10,455 nucleotides of DNA from Methanothermococcus sp. SCGC AD-155-E23 (GCA_019561615.1 JAHEQA010000050.1:45-10499), one strand, 5' to 3'; shown: positions 1 to 7,636, counted from the stretch's first letter. Notes: generated by a model not told the origin, from the sequence alone. Translations and numbers: made by a program.

Positions 1-110
1 CTAATAATCCTTCTTATTATAGCCCTTAGAGTCCAGGAGGTAAACGGTGTTCTAATTGTCGCCCTCCTTTTCAGTTATCTTTTTAGAGGAATAAGTTCCT
101 ACCTAGTGGC
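1..110 (+). repeat. 110-bp perfect inverted copy of 3874-3983 (internal fragment of FecCD permease gene), in frame with priL
   Basis: The reverse complement of 1-110 is identical to 3874-3983 when compared base by base. Frame +1 reads LIILLIIALRVQEVNGVLIVALLFSYLFRGISSYLVA, the same peptide found in the 3333-4463 permease. The copy runs to the window edge, so it may be longer. Confidence 0.97.
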
Positions 111-981
111 CAACACCAGATACTACAACCTCTACATTAAAAACTACGTAGAGAGGTACTTTAAAAAGATTGAGAAAACTCTTGATGAGCTCCCAAACAA
201 GGTATCTGTCTGGGAGTTTATAAAGGTTAGTGCCCACTCAAGAAACAACGACTTAAAACTTGAGAGACTAGATGTAGATAGAGGTCTAGTAAATATAGCC
301 CCTGTAAAAAGAACCTACTACATGGAATTGATAAGGGTAAAACTTAGGGAGATGGTGGAGAGGATCAGGGCAGACAGTGATAGAGATGTCCTGAAGAGGG
401 AGCATATCCAGGAGATAGTGAAGTTCATAGAGGGAATGGTCAAACCCCAGGATATAGGAGGTATAAAGGCTGTGAACTTCCAGGGCGAGATCCCCCTGGA
501 GTGGCACCCTCCCTGTATAAGGAAGATACTGGAGGACCTCCTCAGTGGAGGCTCCCCCTCACACTACGCAAGGAGGAGCTTTGTAGTCTACTGGTTCTGT
601 GCAAAGTTCAATCCAAACCTTAGACCTCTCAACAAGGAGGGGGAGTTAGTGAACATCAGCGCCCTGGATATTGCAAAGAGTGAGGAGGCCATAGAGAACT
701 TCATAGAGGAGATGCTGAAGTTATTCAGTAACGTGGAGGACTTCAACCCTGAAAAGACCAGGTACTACATATGTCACAACATAGGCTACAAGGTTGCAGA
801 TCACCTTACCCACTGTGAGTACTGTAAGAACTGGAGGGAGGATGGAGGTAAAGGTCTAAGGTACTACTGCAACCCAGATGAGATCTGTAGGATGAGGAAG
901 AGGGGAAAACCCCTTGTGATACACCCCCTGGACTACCTCTGTTACAACATCAATAGACATATGAAGAGAAAGAAGAAATAA
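106..981 (+). CDS. priL: DNA primase large subunit PriL, 5'-truncated (C-terminal Fe-S domain intact)
   Basis: The motifs HPPCIRKIL..LLSG....HYARR, HCEYC...YYC....IC...HPLDY match the archaeal/eukaryotic PriL C-terminal [4Fe-4S] domain. The GTG at 106 lies in the duplicated permease fragment and has no RBS, and the frame is open back to base 1, so the native N-terminus is missing. Confidence 0.85.
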   Translation: MANTRYYNLYIKNYVERYFKKIEKTLDELPNKVSVWEFIKVSAHSRNNDLKLERLDVDRGLVNIAPVKRTYYMELIRVKLREMVERIRADSDRDVLKREHIQEIVKFIEGMVKPQDIGGIKAVNFQGEIPLEWHPPCIRKILEDLLSGGSPSHYARRSFVVYWFCAKFNPNLRPLNKEGELVNISALDIAKSEEAIENFIEEMLKLFSNVEDFNPEKTRYYICHNIGYKVADHLTHCEYCKNWREDGGKGLRYYCNPDEICRMRKRGKPLVIHPLDYLCYNINRHMKRKKK

Positions 982-982
982 T

Positions 983-1480
983 TTACTCTATACCGTACTC
1001 GAGACGTAGTATCTCTGCAAGCTTATCCAGGGTTTTAGATACACCGCTCTCAGATCTCTCAAGGAGGTTCTCCCCAGTGAGTACATTTCCATGTACATCC
1101 GTGGTAAAGAGGTATTTACCCCTATCTGTAAGGATGCATATACCTCCTCTTCCTACACCTGCAGTGGTCCCTATGGCTATGTTGCACCCTAACTTATCCT
1201 TCAACCCTTTGGCCATGAGATAGGCCACCTGGAGATCCTTTTCCTCACTGTACACCTTTGCATACCTATAGGGGTAATCTGGTGGGGGCAACTTCACACC
1301 TAGAATATCTTTTATCACCTCCCTCAGGGGTAGAAACATGGAGGCCATAACATATATACGCCCGTGGAAGAGGGGGTAGTGGGGATGCCCCCTAACATCC
1401 TCATATCCCATGGCCATCTTATGTAGGAGTACCCCTATTTTCCCATGGGTAAAACACTCAGCTGTTGCCACGGAGAGCAT
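983..1480 (-). CDS. hcgF: HcgF / UPF0254 family protein, FeGP cofactor ([Fe]-hydrogenase) biosynthesis thioesterase
   Basis: N-terminal VATAECFTHG.IG..HK..GY with Cys9, and YAKVYSEEKDL.VA.LMA.GLK..L..NI.IG.TAGVGRG.ICILTD, closely match the M. jannaschii HcgF as I recall it. A GGGGGAG RBS precedes the ATG. Confidence 0.9.
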   Translation of the reverse strand: MLSVATAECFTHGKIGVLLHKMAMGYEDVRGHPHYPLFHGRIYVMASMFLPLREVIKDILGVKLPPPDYPYRYAKVYSEEKDLQVAYLMAKGLKDKLGCNIAIGTTAGVGRGGICILTDRGKYLFTTDVHGNVLTGENLLERSESGVSKTLDKLAEILRLEYGIE

Positions 1481-1550
1481 ACTCCCCCTAATACAAAAAA
1501 TTAAATACCTGTTTTTAGAGGATTAATAATAAAAAGCTTTAGGTGTGATT

Positions 1551-1730
1551 ATGGACAAGGAGATGATAATAGATCTGATAGAAACCTTGGAGAAGAGGAA
1601 GGTAGGTATCCAGTTATCTGTTGGAGGGGAGAAAGCCCTGGAGATCAGTGTAAAGGATAGAAAAATAGATATTAATATTGTAGATCCCTCAAAGATAGGA
1701 CTGTTAATAAAGGAGATAGGCTTAAAGTAA
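1551..1730 (+). CDS. Small hypothetical protein (59 aa), probably co-transcribed with asnB
   Basis: AGGTG RBS at 1541-1545 precedes ATG 1551. Codon usage resembles the neighbouring genes. It fills the gap between hcgF and asnB, ending 33 bp before asnB. Confidence 0.65.
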   Translation: MDKEMIIDLIETLEKRKVGIQLSVGGEKALEISVKDRKIDINIVDPSKIGLLIKEIGLK

Positions 1731-1763
1731 ACTTTTTTAAAATATCTAACACCAGGAGTGTAT

Positions 1764-3332
1764 ATGTGCTCTATAAGTGGAATTGTTCTCAAGGATGACG
1801 GGGATTCCACTCTCAGGAGGAGGTTAAAGGAACACCTTATAAACGTTATGAGGATTTTAAAGCACAGGGGGCCAGATAGCTCTGGGGCCATGTTCGACGA
1901 TGAAGTTATATACTTCAGGGATTTTGAGGACGTCCTCAACTCCAACATTGGTAGATCCTGTAGACTTGGACTGGGACATAACAGGTTGGCCATCGTAGGT
2001 AATGCAAGTCAGCCAATACCTAACGAAGATGAAAGTGTATGGGTCATCTGTAACGGGGAGATATACAACTACTACGAGCTTATGGAGGATCTAGAGGACA
2101 GGCATAACTTCTACAGTGACACTGACAGTGAGGTTATAGTACACTGCTACGAGGAGGGTATACTTGAGGAGTTAGATGGGGAGTACGCCTACTGTATATA
2201 CGACAAGGAGGAGAATAAACTACTACTGGCCAGGGATGTCTTTGGGGTAAAACCACTGTTTTACATAGATACTGAAAAGTACTTTGCCTTTGCCTCAGAG
2301 AGAAAGGGTCTCTGGTACCTCTTGAAAAGTATAGACAACCTCTCTTTTAGGGAGATATACAGCTACCCTGTGGCCTCACTGGATCCAAACAGTCATTTGG
2401 TATACGACCTAGATGATAATAGACACTACATAGTGAAAAATATCCAGAGGGTAAGGGTGGATTACTTTAACAAGTACAATAATAACTACGAGGTTTGTAA
2501 GAGGGAGGTGGAGAGGGCCCTCTGGGAGGGTGTGATAAAAAGGGTTAGAGGGTTGGAGAAGGTAGGGGTTATATTCTCTGGAGGGCTGGACAGTAGCCTT
2601 GTGGCCAGGATGGCGTCAGAGTACTGTAATGTAATACTCTACACTGCGGGTTTAGAGGGTAGTGAGGATGTGGAGTATGCAGAGAGGGTAGCTGAGGATC
2701 TAGGGTTAAAACTTAGAAAGAAGGTTATAGACAGTGAGGAGTACGAGGAGTACCTTCTAAAGGTGGCCTATGCAATAGACGAGATAGATCTTATGAAACT
2801 CTCTGTGGGGGTACCTATCTACGTGGCGTCGGAGATGGCTAGGAGGGATGGGATAAAGGTGGTACTCTCTGGCCAGGGAGCAGATGAACTCTTTGCAGGG
2901 TATAAGAGATACCAGAGGATACTTATTACAAAGGGGGAGGAGGAGTTAAAGAGGGTACTTTACAGGGATGTTATGAACATCCACAAGATGAACCTTGAGA
3001 GGGACGACCACTGTACAATGGCAAACAGTGTGGAGTTGAGGGTACCCTTCCTGGATAAGAATCTAGTTGAGGTGGCCCTCTCCCTCCCTCTAAAGTACAA
3101 GGTAAATGAGAGAGAGAGGAAGATAATCCTAAGGGATATAGCCAGGAAGTACCTCCCAGAGTATGTGGCCTACAGGCCTAAGAAGGCTGCCCAGTACGGT
3201 AGTGGCAGTGAGAAGATGATATACGCAGTAGGTAGAAGTTACGGATACTCCAAGAGGAAGATAGATAACTTCTTGGGAGAGGTACTCTTAAAGAAGATGG
3301 AGGAGGTATACGAAAATAGACTAGTGGTGTAG
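1764..3332 (+). CDS. asnB: Asparagine synthetase (glutamine-hydrolysing), AsnB family
   Basis: Ntn amidotransferase start M-C-S-I-S-G places the true start at ATG 1764 (catalytic Cys2; RBS AGGAGTG at 1754-1760). Also HRGPD, GHNRLAI, NGEIYNY, SDTDSEVI, RD.FGVKPLFY, PP-loop SGGLDSS, SGQGADELFAGY and ELRVPFLD. Confidence 0.93.
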   Translation: MCSISGIVLKDDGDSTLRRRLKEHLINVMRILKHRGPDSSGAMFDDEVIYFRDFEDVLNSNIGRSCRLGLGHNRLAIVGNASQPIPNEDESVWVICNGEIYNYYELMEDLEDRHNFYSDTDSEVIVHCYEEGILEELDGEYAYCIYDKEENKLLLARDVFGVKPLFYIDTEKYFAFASERKGLWYLLKSIDNLSFREIYSYPVASLDPNSHLVYDLDDNRHYIVKNIQRVRVDYFNKYNNNYEVCKREVERALWEGVIKRVRGLEKVGVIFSGGLDSSLVARMASEYCNVILYTAGLEGSEDVEYAERVAEDLGLKLRKKVIDSEEYEEYLLKVAYAIDEIDLMKLSVGVPIYVASEMARRDGIKVVLSGQGADELFAGYKRYQRILITKGEEELKRVLYRDVMNIHKMNLERDDHCTMANSVELRVPFLDKNLVEVALSLPLKYKVNERERKIILRDIARKYLPEYVAYRPKKAAQYGSGSEKMIYAVGRSYGYSKRKIDNFLGEVLLKKMEEVYENRLVV

Positions 3333-4463
3333 CTACTGTATCCTTATACTCTTCTCCCCCTTGTATACCAGGTATATTACCAACAGCCCCCCAATTATCT
3401 CCAAGATAGAACCTACAGGTAACACCTGGGCAGGACGGTTTATGCCGTAGAGGTAATTGATAGGTACCCAGTACTTTAAAGATATCAGATGGGCAACTAG
3501 CATCAAGATTATCCCAAGGAGCATAGTTGTAGGTAGTAACCACCTGTGGTCAGAGGTCTTTATCACAACCCTTGCCATGTAGGGAGCAGCTATCCCCACA
3601 AAGGCCATAAGTCCAAGATAGGGCACTATGGCTCCAACTACAAAGGATGTTAAAAGTAGTATCAGAATTCTAACCTTTTTCACATCTAGTCCAAAACTTC
3701 TGGCGTAGGATTCACCGAAGAGTAAGGCGTTTAAGGGTTTTATCAGAAATATACAACCTGTTAAAAAGATAAGGGTAACGACAGTGAGAGGTAGGAGGTT
3801 ATGTATATTGACTCTATTTAAATTTCCGATCATAAACATGTAGTACTCTATAATGGAGAGTTCCTCTCCATTTGCCACTAGGTAGGAACTTATTCCTCTA
3901 AAAAGATAACTGAAAAGGAGGGCGACAATTAGAACACCGTTTACCTCCTGGACTCTAAGGGCTATAATAAGAAGGATTATTAGGGAGAGTATACCTCCAC
4001 ACCAGCCTGCCACTATCTTCTCATCTATGGGAAAGAGGGAGAAGAGTTGTGCAACACTCTCTATAAATATTACCAAGGTTACTGCAAAGAGCACACCACT
4101 GGATATACCTGTGGTATAGGGAGAGGCCAGTAAATTCCTAAAGAGTGTCTGTAGCATTAAACCACAGGCAGATAGTGTTATTCCCACAATAATAGCTCCA
4201 AAAATGGGAGGAAATCGTACCTCCCTTAGAAGGACATACTTAAATTTCTTCTCCTCACTTAGAGGAGGGATATAGAAAAGATCCTCTCCTGTGATTTGGC
4301 GATATATATTGTTTATTAAAGTCTTGGTTTCATATAGAACAAATTCAGTGGTATCTTCCAAGGTGATGGATCTGGCATTACCTCCGTAGTACATAGATAG
4401 TACGGTTAATAATAGGGCAAGAATAGTTAAGGTGACAATTACAAAGTACCTGTAGTACTGCAT
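3333..4463 (-). CDS. FecCD/BtuC-family ABC transporter permease (divergent subunit), 376 aa
   Basis: Multiple TM helices, with VRFPPIFGAIIVG..LS.CGL.LQTLFRNLLASPY..GISSG, an EAA-like loop LFGESYARSFGLDV, and G.MAFVG..AP. ATG at 4463 overlaps the upstream TAA (TAATG coupling), so the ORF-track start at 4535 is unlikely. Confidence 0.9.
   Translation of the reverse strand: MQYYRYFVIVTLTILALLLTVLSMYYGGNARSITLEDTTEFVLYETKTLINNIYRQITGEDLFYIPPLSEEKKFKYVLLREVRFPPIFGAIIVGITLSACGLMLQTLFRNLLASPYTTGISSGVLFAVTLVIFIESVAQLFSLFPIDEKIVAGWCGGILSLIILLIIALRVQEVNGVLIVALLFSYLFRGISSYLVANGEELSIIEYYMFMIGNLNRVNIHNLLPLTVVTLIFLTGCIFLIKPLNALLFGESYARSFGLDVKKVRILILLLTSFVVGAIVPYLGLMAFVGIAAPYMARVVIKTSDHRWLLPTTMLLGIILMLVAHLISLKYWVPINYLYGINRPAQVLPVGSILEIIGGLLVIYLVYKGEKSIRIQ
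3874..3983 (-). repeat. Source copy of the 110-bp inverted repeat matching 1-110
   Basis: Exact reverse complement of 1-110, lying within the intact permease CDS. Confidence 0.97.
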
Positions 4464-5521
4464 TATATCCCCATGCGTCTTATTTTTAGGTATATTATGA
4501 TGGCTATAGGAGCACCTACTATGGAAAGGGGGCATAAAAGAGGTAAGTTATTGGAAGTAGGAGGTATCAAAACTCCAGGTCTCGTAAGTATATCTGCAAG
4601 TAGTACAAATATGGAGCCTAGGATTGCCGTTGTAGGTATTACATAGAGGTGCTTTGAAGTCCCCACCACCATCCTACTTATTATAGGACATACCATACCT
4701 ACGAAGGCTATAGGACCTGTAAATGCCACCACCGTTGCAGTTAATATACAGGAGAGTACTATCAACCATCTCCTTAAATTCTTTATATCCACTCCAACAC
4801 TCTGGGCGTACATCTCACCTAGGAGGTTAGCATCAAGTTTTTTTGAAAGTAGTACATAGGACAGAACAACTACAGGGAGGATTATTAAAGTCATAAGTTT
4901 TATCTGGTCCCAGGTTAGATTACATAGGGAACCCATACCCCACATGAGATAGCTAGAGAGTTCAGATCTCTCCTCTCCAATAAAGTCTGCAGTATATACC
5001 ACAATGGTTGTAAACCCAGAGGCTATGGCACCTATCATGATCCCAGTGATTAGTAAAGTTGCAGTCTGTCTAACAACCCTTGCAATATTGATAACTACAA
5101 ACATGGTTATCAGAGAGCCTAGATAGGCGGCAAGGATAAAGCCATAGAGGGAACGGGGAAATCCCAGATTAAATAAAAGGGAGGTGAAGATATAGAGTAC
5201 CACACCTAGGGAGGCTCCACTTGCCACACCCATTAGGTAAGGATCTGCCAAGGGGTTCCTAAAGTATCCCTGCATAAGTATACCTGCAACTGCAATACCC
5301 ATTCCAACAACAACTGCACCAACTGTCCGTGGCAACCTTAACTTTCCTATAATCTTGTCAATAATAGGATTTCCAGAGGTGCCCTCAAAAAAGAACTTTT
5401 TCAGATGCTCATCTTTTATAGGGATGGTACCCTCTTTAACACTGAGATAAGATAAAAAAGCAAGGATAATAAGGGAGACAAAGAGTACAGTTAAAAACCT
5501 CCTATATCTCAAAGTTTTCAC
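4463..5521 (-). CDS. FecCD/BtuC-family ABC transporter permease, 352 aa
   Basis: Canonical [51 protein letters not shown] (EAA loop), and [16 protein letters not shown] start with AAGGTAG upstream. Confidence 0.93.
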   Translation of the reverse strand: MKTLRYRRFLTVLFVSLIILAFLSYLSVKEGTIPIKDEHLKKFFFEGTSGNPIIDKIIGKLRLPRTVGAVVVGMGIAVAGILMQGYFRNPLADPYLMGVASGASLGVVLYIFTSLLFNLGFPRSLYGFILAAYLGSLITMFVVINIARVVRQTATLLITGIMIGAIASGFTTIVVYTADFIGEERSELSSYLMWGMGSLCNLTWDQIKLMTLIILPVVVLSYVLLSKKLDANLLGEMYAQSVGVDIKNLRRWLIVLSCILTATVVAFTGPIAFVGMVCPIISRMVVGTSKHLYVIPTTAILGSIFVLLADILTRPGVLIPPTSNNLPLLCPLSIVGAPIAIIIYLKIRRMGI

Positions 5522-5543
5522 CTACCTTTTTTAGAATTAAAGT

Positions 5544-6155
5544 TTAACCCCCAAATATCTTTCTCAAGAAACTCCATATAACCTCTATTATCCATGAGAG
5601 TATGTTGTTATTTTTCTTTTTTCCCTTTTCTTCTACTTCTGGAGGTATGCCTCTCTCTCCTCTTTCCTCCTCACTCTTCCTGATATCTCCTATCACCAAA
5701 TTATAGGTTATAGGAGATAACTTATTGGCATTACCCTTTTCATCTGATACTGTCGCCTCAAATCTTATGGGTATGATTCCTTCTTTCAACGCCTTCCCCT
5801 TTACCCTAAGGAGATGAAAGGTGGAATTTAAAGGTTTATCAAAGAGGGCGAAGGTAAGGAACAGTGAATTGTTCTCCAACTCCAATATATAGAATTCCCC
5901 AGCTCTTTCCTTTATTTCCCTGTTTTCAGTGACATTTATAAACTTAATATGATTTACACCATATACAGGAGTATGGATTTTGCACTCCAAACCACTGATA
6001 TTCCCTTTTAGTCTTACATAGACGTCTATTGTAAAGTCCTCACCTACCTCTACTTTTTTTGGCATTTTTATCTCGAGACTAACATTCTCTGATGCCAGAA
6101 CCTCTTCTACTGATAGTACAACAAGTAGGGCTAACAGCCAGTATATCTTCTTCAT
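5544..6155 (-). CDS. Secreted single cohesin-domain protein with charged linker and C-terminal amphipathic helix
   Basis: Signal peptide MKKIYWLLALLVVLSVEEVLA. The beta-sandwich has a cohesin-like pattern (V.VGE.FT.DV.V...NISG....I...L.FINV...L.....KAL.EG...I......SD..G). It is followed by a K/E-rich linker and ends ILSWIIEVIWSFLRKIFGG. N-X-S/T sequons present. RBS AGGGTG. Confidence 0.7.
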   Translation of the reverse strand: MKKIYWLLALLVVLSVEEVLASENVSLEIKMPKKVEVGEDFTIDVYVRLKGNISGLECKIHTPVYGVNHIKFINVTENREIKERAGEFYILELENNSLFLTFALFDKPLNSTFHLLRVKGKALKEGIIPIRFEATVSDEKGNANKLSPITYNLVIGDIRKSEEERGERGIPPEVEEKGKKKNNNILSWIIEVIWSFLRKIFGG

Positions 6156-6167
6156 AGTAGCACCCTG

Positions 6168-6254
6168 TTAATAAAGTTAACTTTACTTTTATTAAAAAAA
6201 TTCGTAATATATAAATAATATCTTTCCCTCACTTTTATTAAAAAATAGCTTTTT
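6168..6254. promoter_or_regulatory. Divergent promoter region: central TATA box (6208-6215), 14-bp palindrome (6172-6185), 15-bp direct repeats (6185-6199, 6231-6245)
   Basis: TATATAAA at 6208-6215 reads TTTATATA on the minus strand. TAAAGTTAACTTTA is a perfect palindrome. ACTTTTATTAAAAAA occurs twice. Confidence 0.6.
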
Positions 6255-6266
6255 AAGGTGATATGT

Positions 6267-7610
6267 ATGTTAAAGAAGGCGTTAATAGGTGTAATACTCC
6301 TACTCTCCATAGCTCCTGTGATTGCAGAAGGTAACTACAACTACAGGTTGGGAGATGTGAACTGGGATGGAAATATAAACATTGGGGACGTAGTCTATCT
6401 CTTTAAAAATAGGGACCTACCTCTTGAAGAGGGGGATCTAAACTGTGACGGTGACGTGGATATTGGAGATGTGGTATATCTCTTTAAAAATTACAGGAAG
6501 TTAAAGGAACCTATAAAGCATGCCCAAAACATGAATTTAACGTACTATGACGAAAGAGGTAACGTTGTAAACCCCTACGAGGGGGAAAGTTGGACCTATA
6601 AGATCTTTGTAGACGCTACAGGACAAAGATTCCTCCTTAAGAACAAGTCAAAACCAGTACCTAAGTGGGCTAAAGGGATGTACGACATAGTTATAGATGT
6701 ACCACTGGAGAGAGTTGTTGTCATGAGTTCTACACATATAGCACTTATGAAACCCTTAGACGACGATGGATCTGTTATCTCTTCTATAAAGGGAATAATG
6801 TGGGGGAAAAGATATAAGTGGCATTTCAAGGATATAGATAGGGGTCTCAAAAATGGATCGATAATAGACGTTGGTCCAACCTCCAATCCAAACTGGGATC
6901 TCATAATAAATATTTCACCACAGGTAATATTCGTATATCCAGGGTACAGTGGAGATATTATAATTGAGAAGTGTAAGGAGTTAGGTATAACCTATGTTGC
7001 AAATGCAGAGTACTTAGAACCAACATATCTTGCACGATGTGAATGGGTAAAGATGTTCGCAGCATTCTACAACAAGGAGGACGCTGCCAAGAGATACTTC
7101 AGTAGAGTTGAAAAGAGATCCTTCAACGTTAAGAGGAAAACCTATCACTGTGATCCTAACGTATTAGTCGCCTGGGGTAAGAACTATCCAAAGTGGGGAG
7201 GTGTCTTTGTACCTAGAGCTCAGTCCTACGTTGCCAAGGGGATAGTAGATTTCTGTCATGCATCCTATGTATTTGCCGACTACCCAGGTACAGGGAGTGC
7301 AAAGATAGACTACGAGACCTTTGCAGAGAGGGTAAAGAATGCAGATATATGGATAATGCCATCGACAACAGAGTGGTTAACAACCTTCAAGGAGGATCAC
7401 CCTGGATATAAGGAGTTTAAACCTGTAAAGAACGGTAAGTTGTTCTGTATAAGTGACGATTACTGGCAGCTTGGACTGATGAACACAGATCAAGTTCTCA
7501 TGGATCTAGGTACGGTGATACACCCTGAGGCATTCAAGGGGAGAACAACACACTTCTTCCTGAGGTACTATCCAGACAACAATACTGCAGTACCTTATAC
7601 TGCAGGTTAA
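6267..7610 (+). CDS. Dockerin-fused Fe/B12-type (TroA-like helical backbone) ABC substrate-binding protein
   Basis: RBS AGGTGA at 6256-6261 then ATG 6267. Signal peptide MLKKALIGVILLLSIAPVIA has no lipobox Cys. Two GDxNxDGxxxIGDVVYLFKN repeats follow. The SBP motifs are VPLERVVVMSSTHI, P.WDLII...PQVIF, AEYLEP..LAR.EWVK.FAAFYNKE..A, DYE.F......AD.WI and P.K.GK.F...VL.DL..VIHPE. Confidence 0.88.
   Translation: MLKKALIGVILLLSIAPVIAEGNYNYRLGDVNWDGNINIGDVVYLFKNRDLPLEEGDLNCDGDVDIGDVVYLFKNYRKLKEPIKHAQNMNLTYYDERGNVVNPYEGESWTYKIFVDATGQRFLLKNKSKPVPKWAKGMYDIVIDVPLERVVVMSSTHIALMKPLDDDGSVISSIKGIMWGKRYKWHFKDIDRGLKNGSIIDVGPTSNPNWDLIINISPQVIFVYPGYSGDIIIEKCKELGITYVANAEYLEPTYLARCEWVKMFAAFYNKEDAAKRYFSRVEKRSFNVKRKTYHCDPNVLVAWGKNYPKWGGVFVPRAQSYVAKGIVDFCHASYVFADYPGTGSAKIDYETFAERVKNADIWIMPSTTEWLTTFKEDHPGYKEFKPVKNGKLFCISDDYWQLGLMNTDQVLMDLGTVIHPEAFKGRTTHFFLRYYPDNNTAVPYTAG
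6351..6491 (+). repeat. Dockerin module: two 20-aa Ca2+-loop/helix repeats (6351-6410, 6432-6491)
   Basis: GDVNWDGNINIGDVVYLFKN and GDLNCDGDVDIGDVVYLFKN have D/N at loop positions 1, 3, 5, 9 and 12, as in dockerin F-hand motifs. The last 30 nt of each repeat are 26/30 identical, with all differences synonymous. Confidence 0.85.
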
Positions 7611-7636
7611 TCTAAAAAATTATGAGGTGATAGGAG

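Noticed and set aside
286-507. 73-aa minus-strand ORF
   Set aside because: Antisense shadow inside priL with no recognisable motif.
540-960. More than four cysteines in the PriL C-terminal half, suggesting an extra metal site
   Set aside because: Cannot be distinguished from lineage-specific variation around the normal [4Fe-4S] ligands without an alignment.
983-1480. hcgF standing alone, away from hmd and other hcg genes, near a metal-uptake locus
   Set aside because: hcg genes are often dispersed in Methanococcales, and asnB separates it from the transporter, so there is no evidence of a functional link.
1523-1993. 156-aa minus-strand ORF
   Set aside because: Antisense to the small ORF and asnB; Ser/Ile/Phe-rich composition is typical of shadow frames.
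3178-3543. 121-aa minus-strand ORF
   Set aside because: Overlaps the permease out of frame and asnB antisense; no RBS or motif.
4464-4535. N-terminal extension of the 400-aa permease ORF
   Set aside because: Overlaps the upstream permease. ATG 4463 coupled to the upstream TAA is the more plausible start.
6258-6330. Possible lipoprotein Cys in the SBP (MIC...), and Cys residues in the 7637 signal peptide (GVCLC)
   Set aside because: The SBP Cys lies upstream of the RBS-supported start at 6267 and none ends the h-region. GVC/CLC do not fit the [LVI][ASTVI][GAS]C lipobox, although SignalP should confirm.
6381-6491. 30-bp near-direct repeats as CRISPR or mobile-element repeats
   Set aside because: Only two copies, in frame and differing only synonymously; explained by the dockerin duplication.
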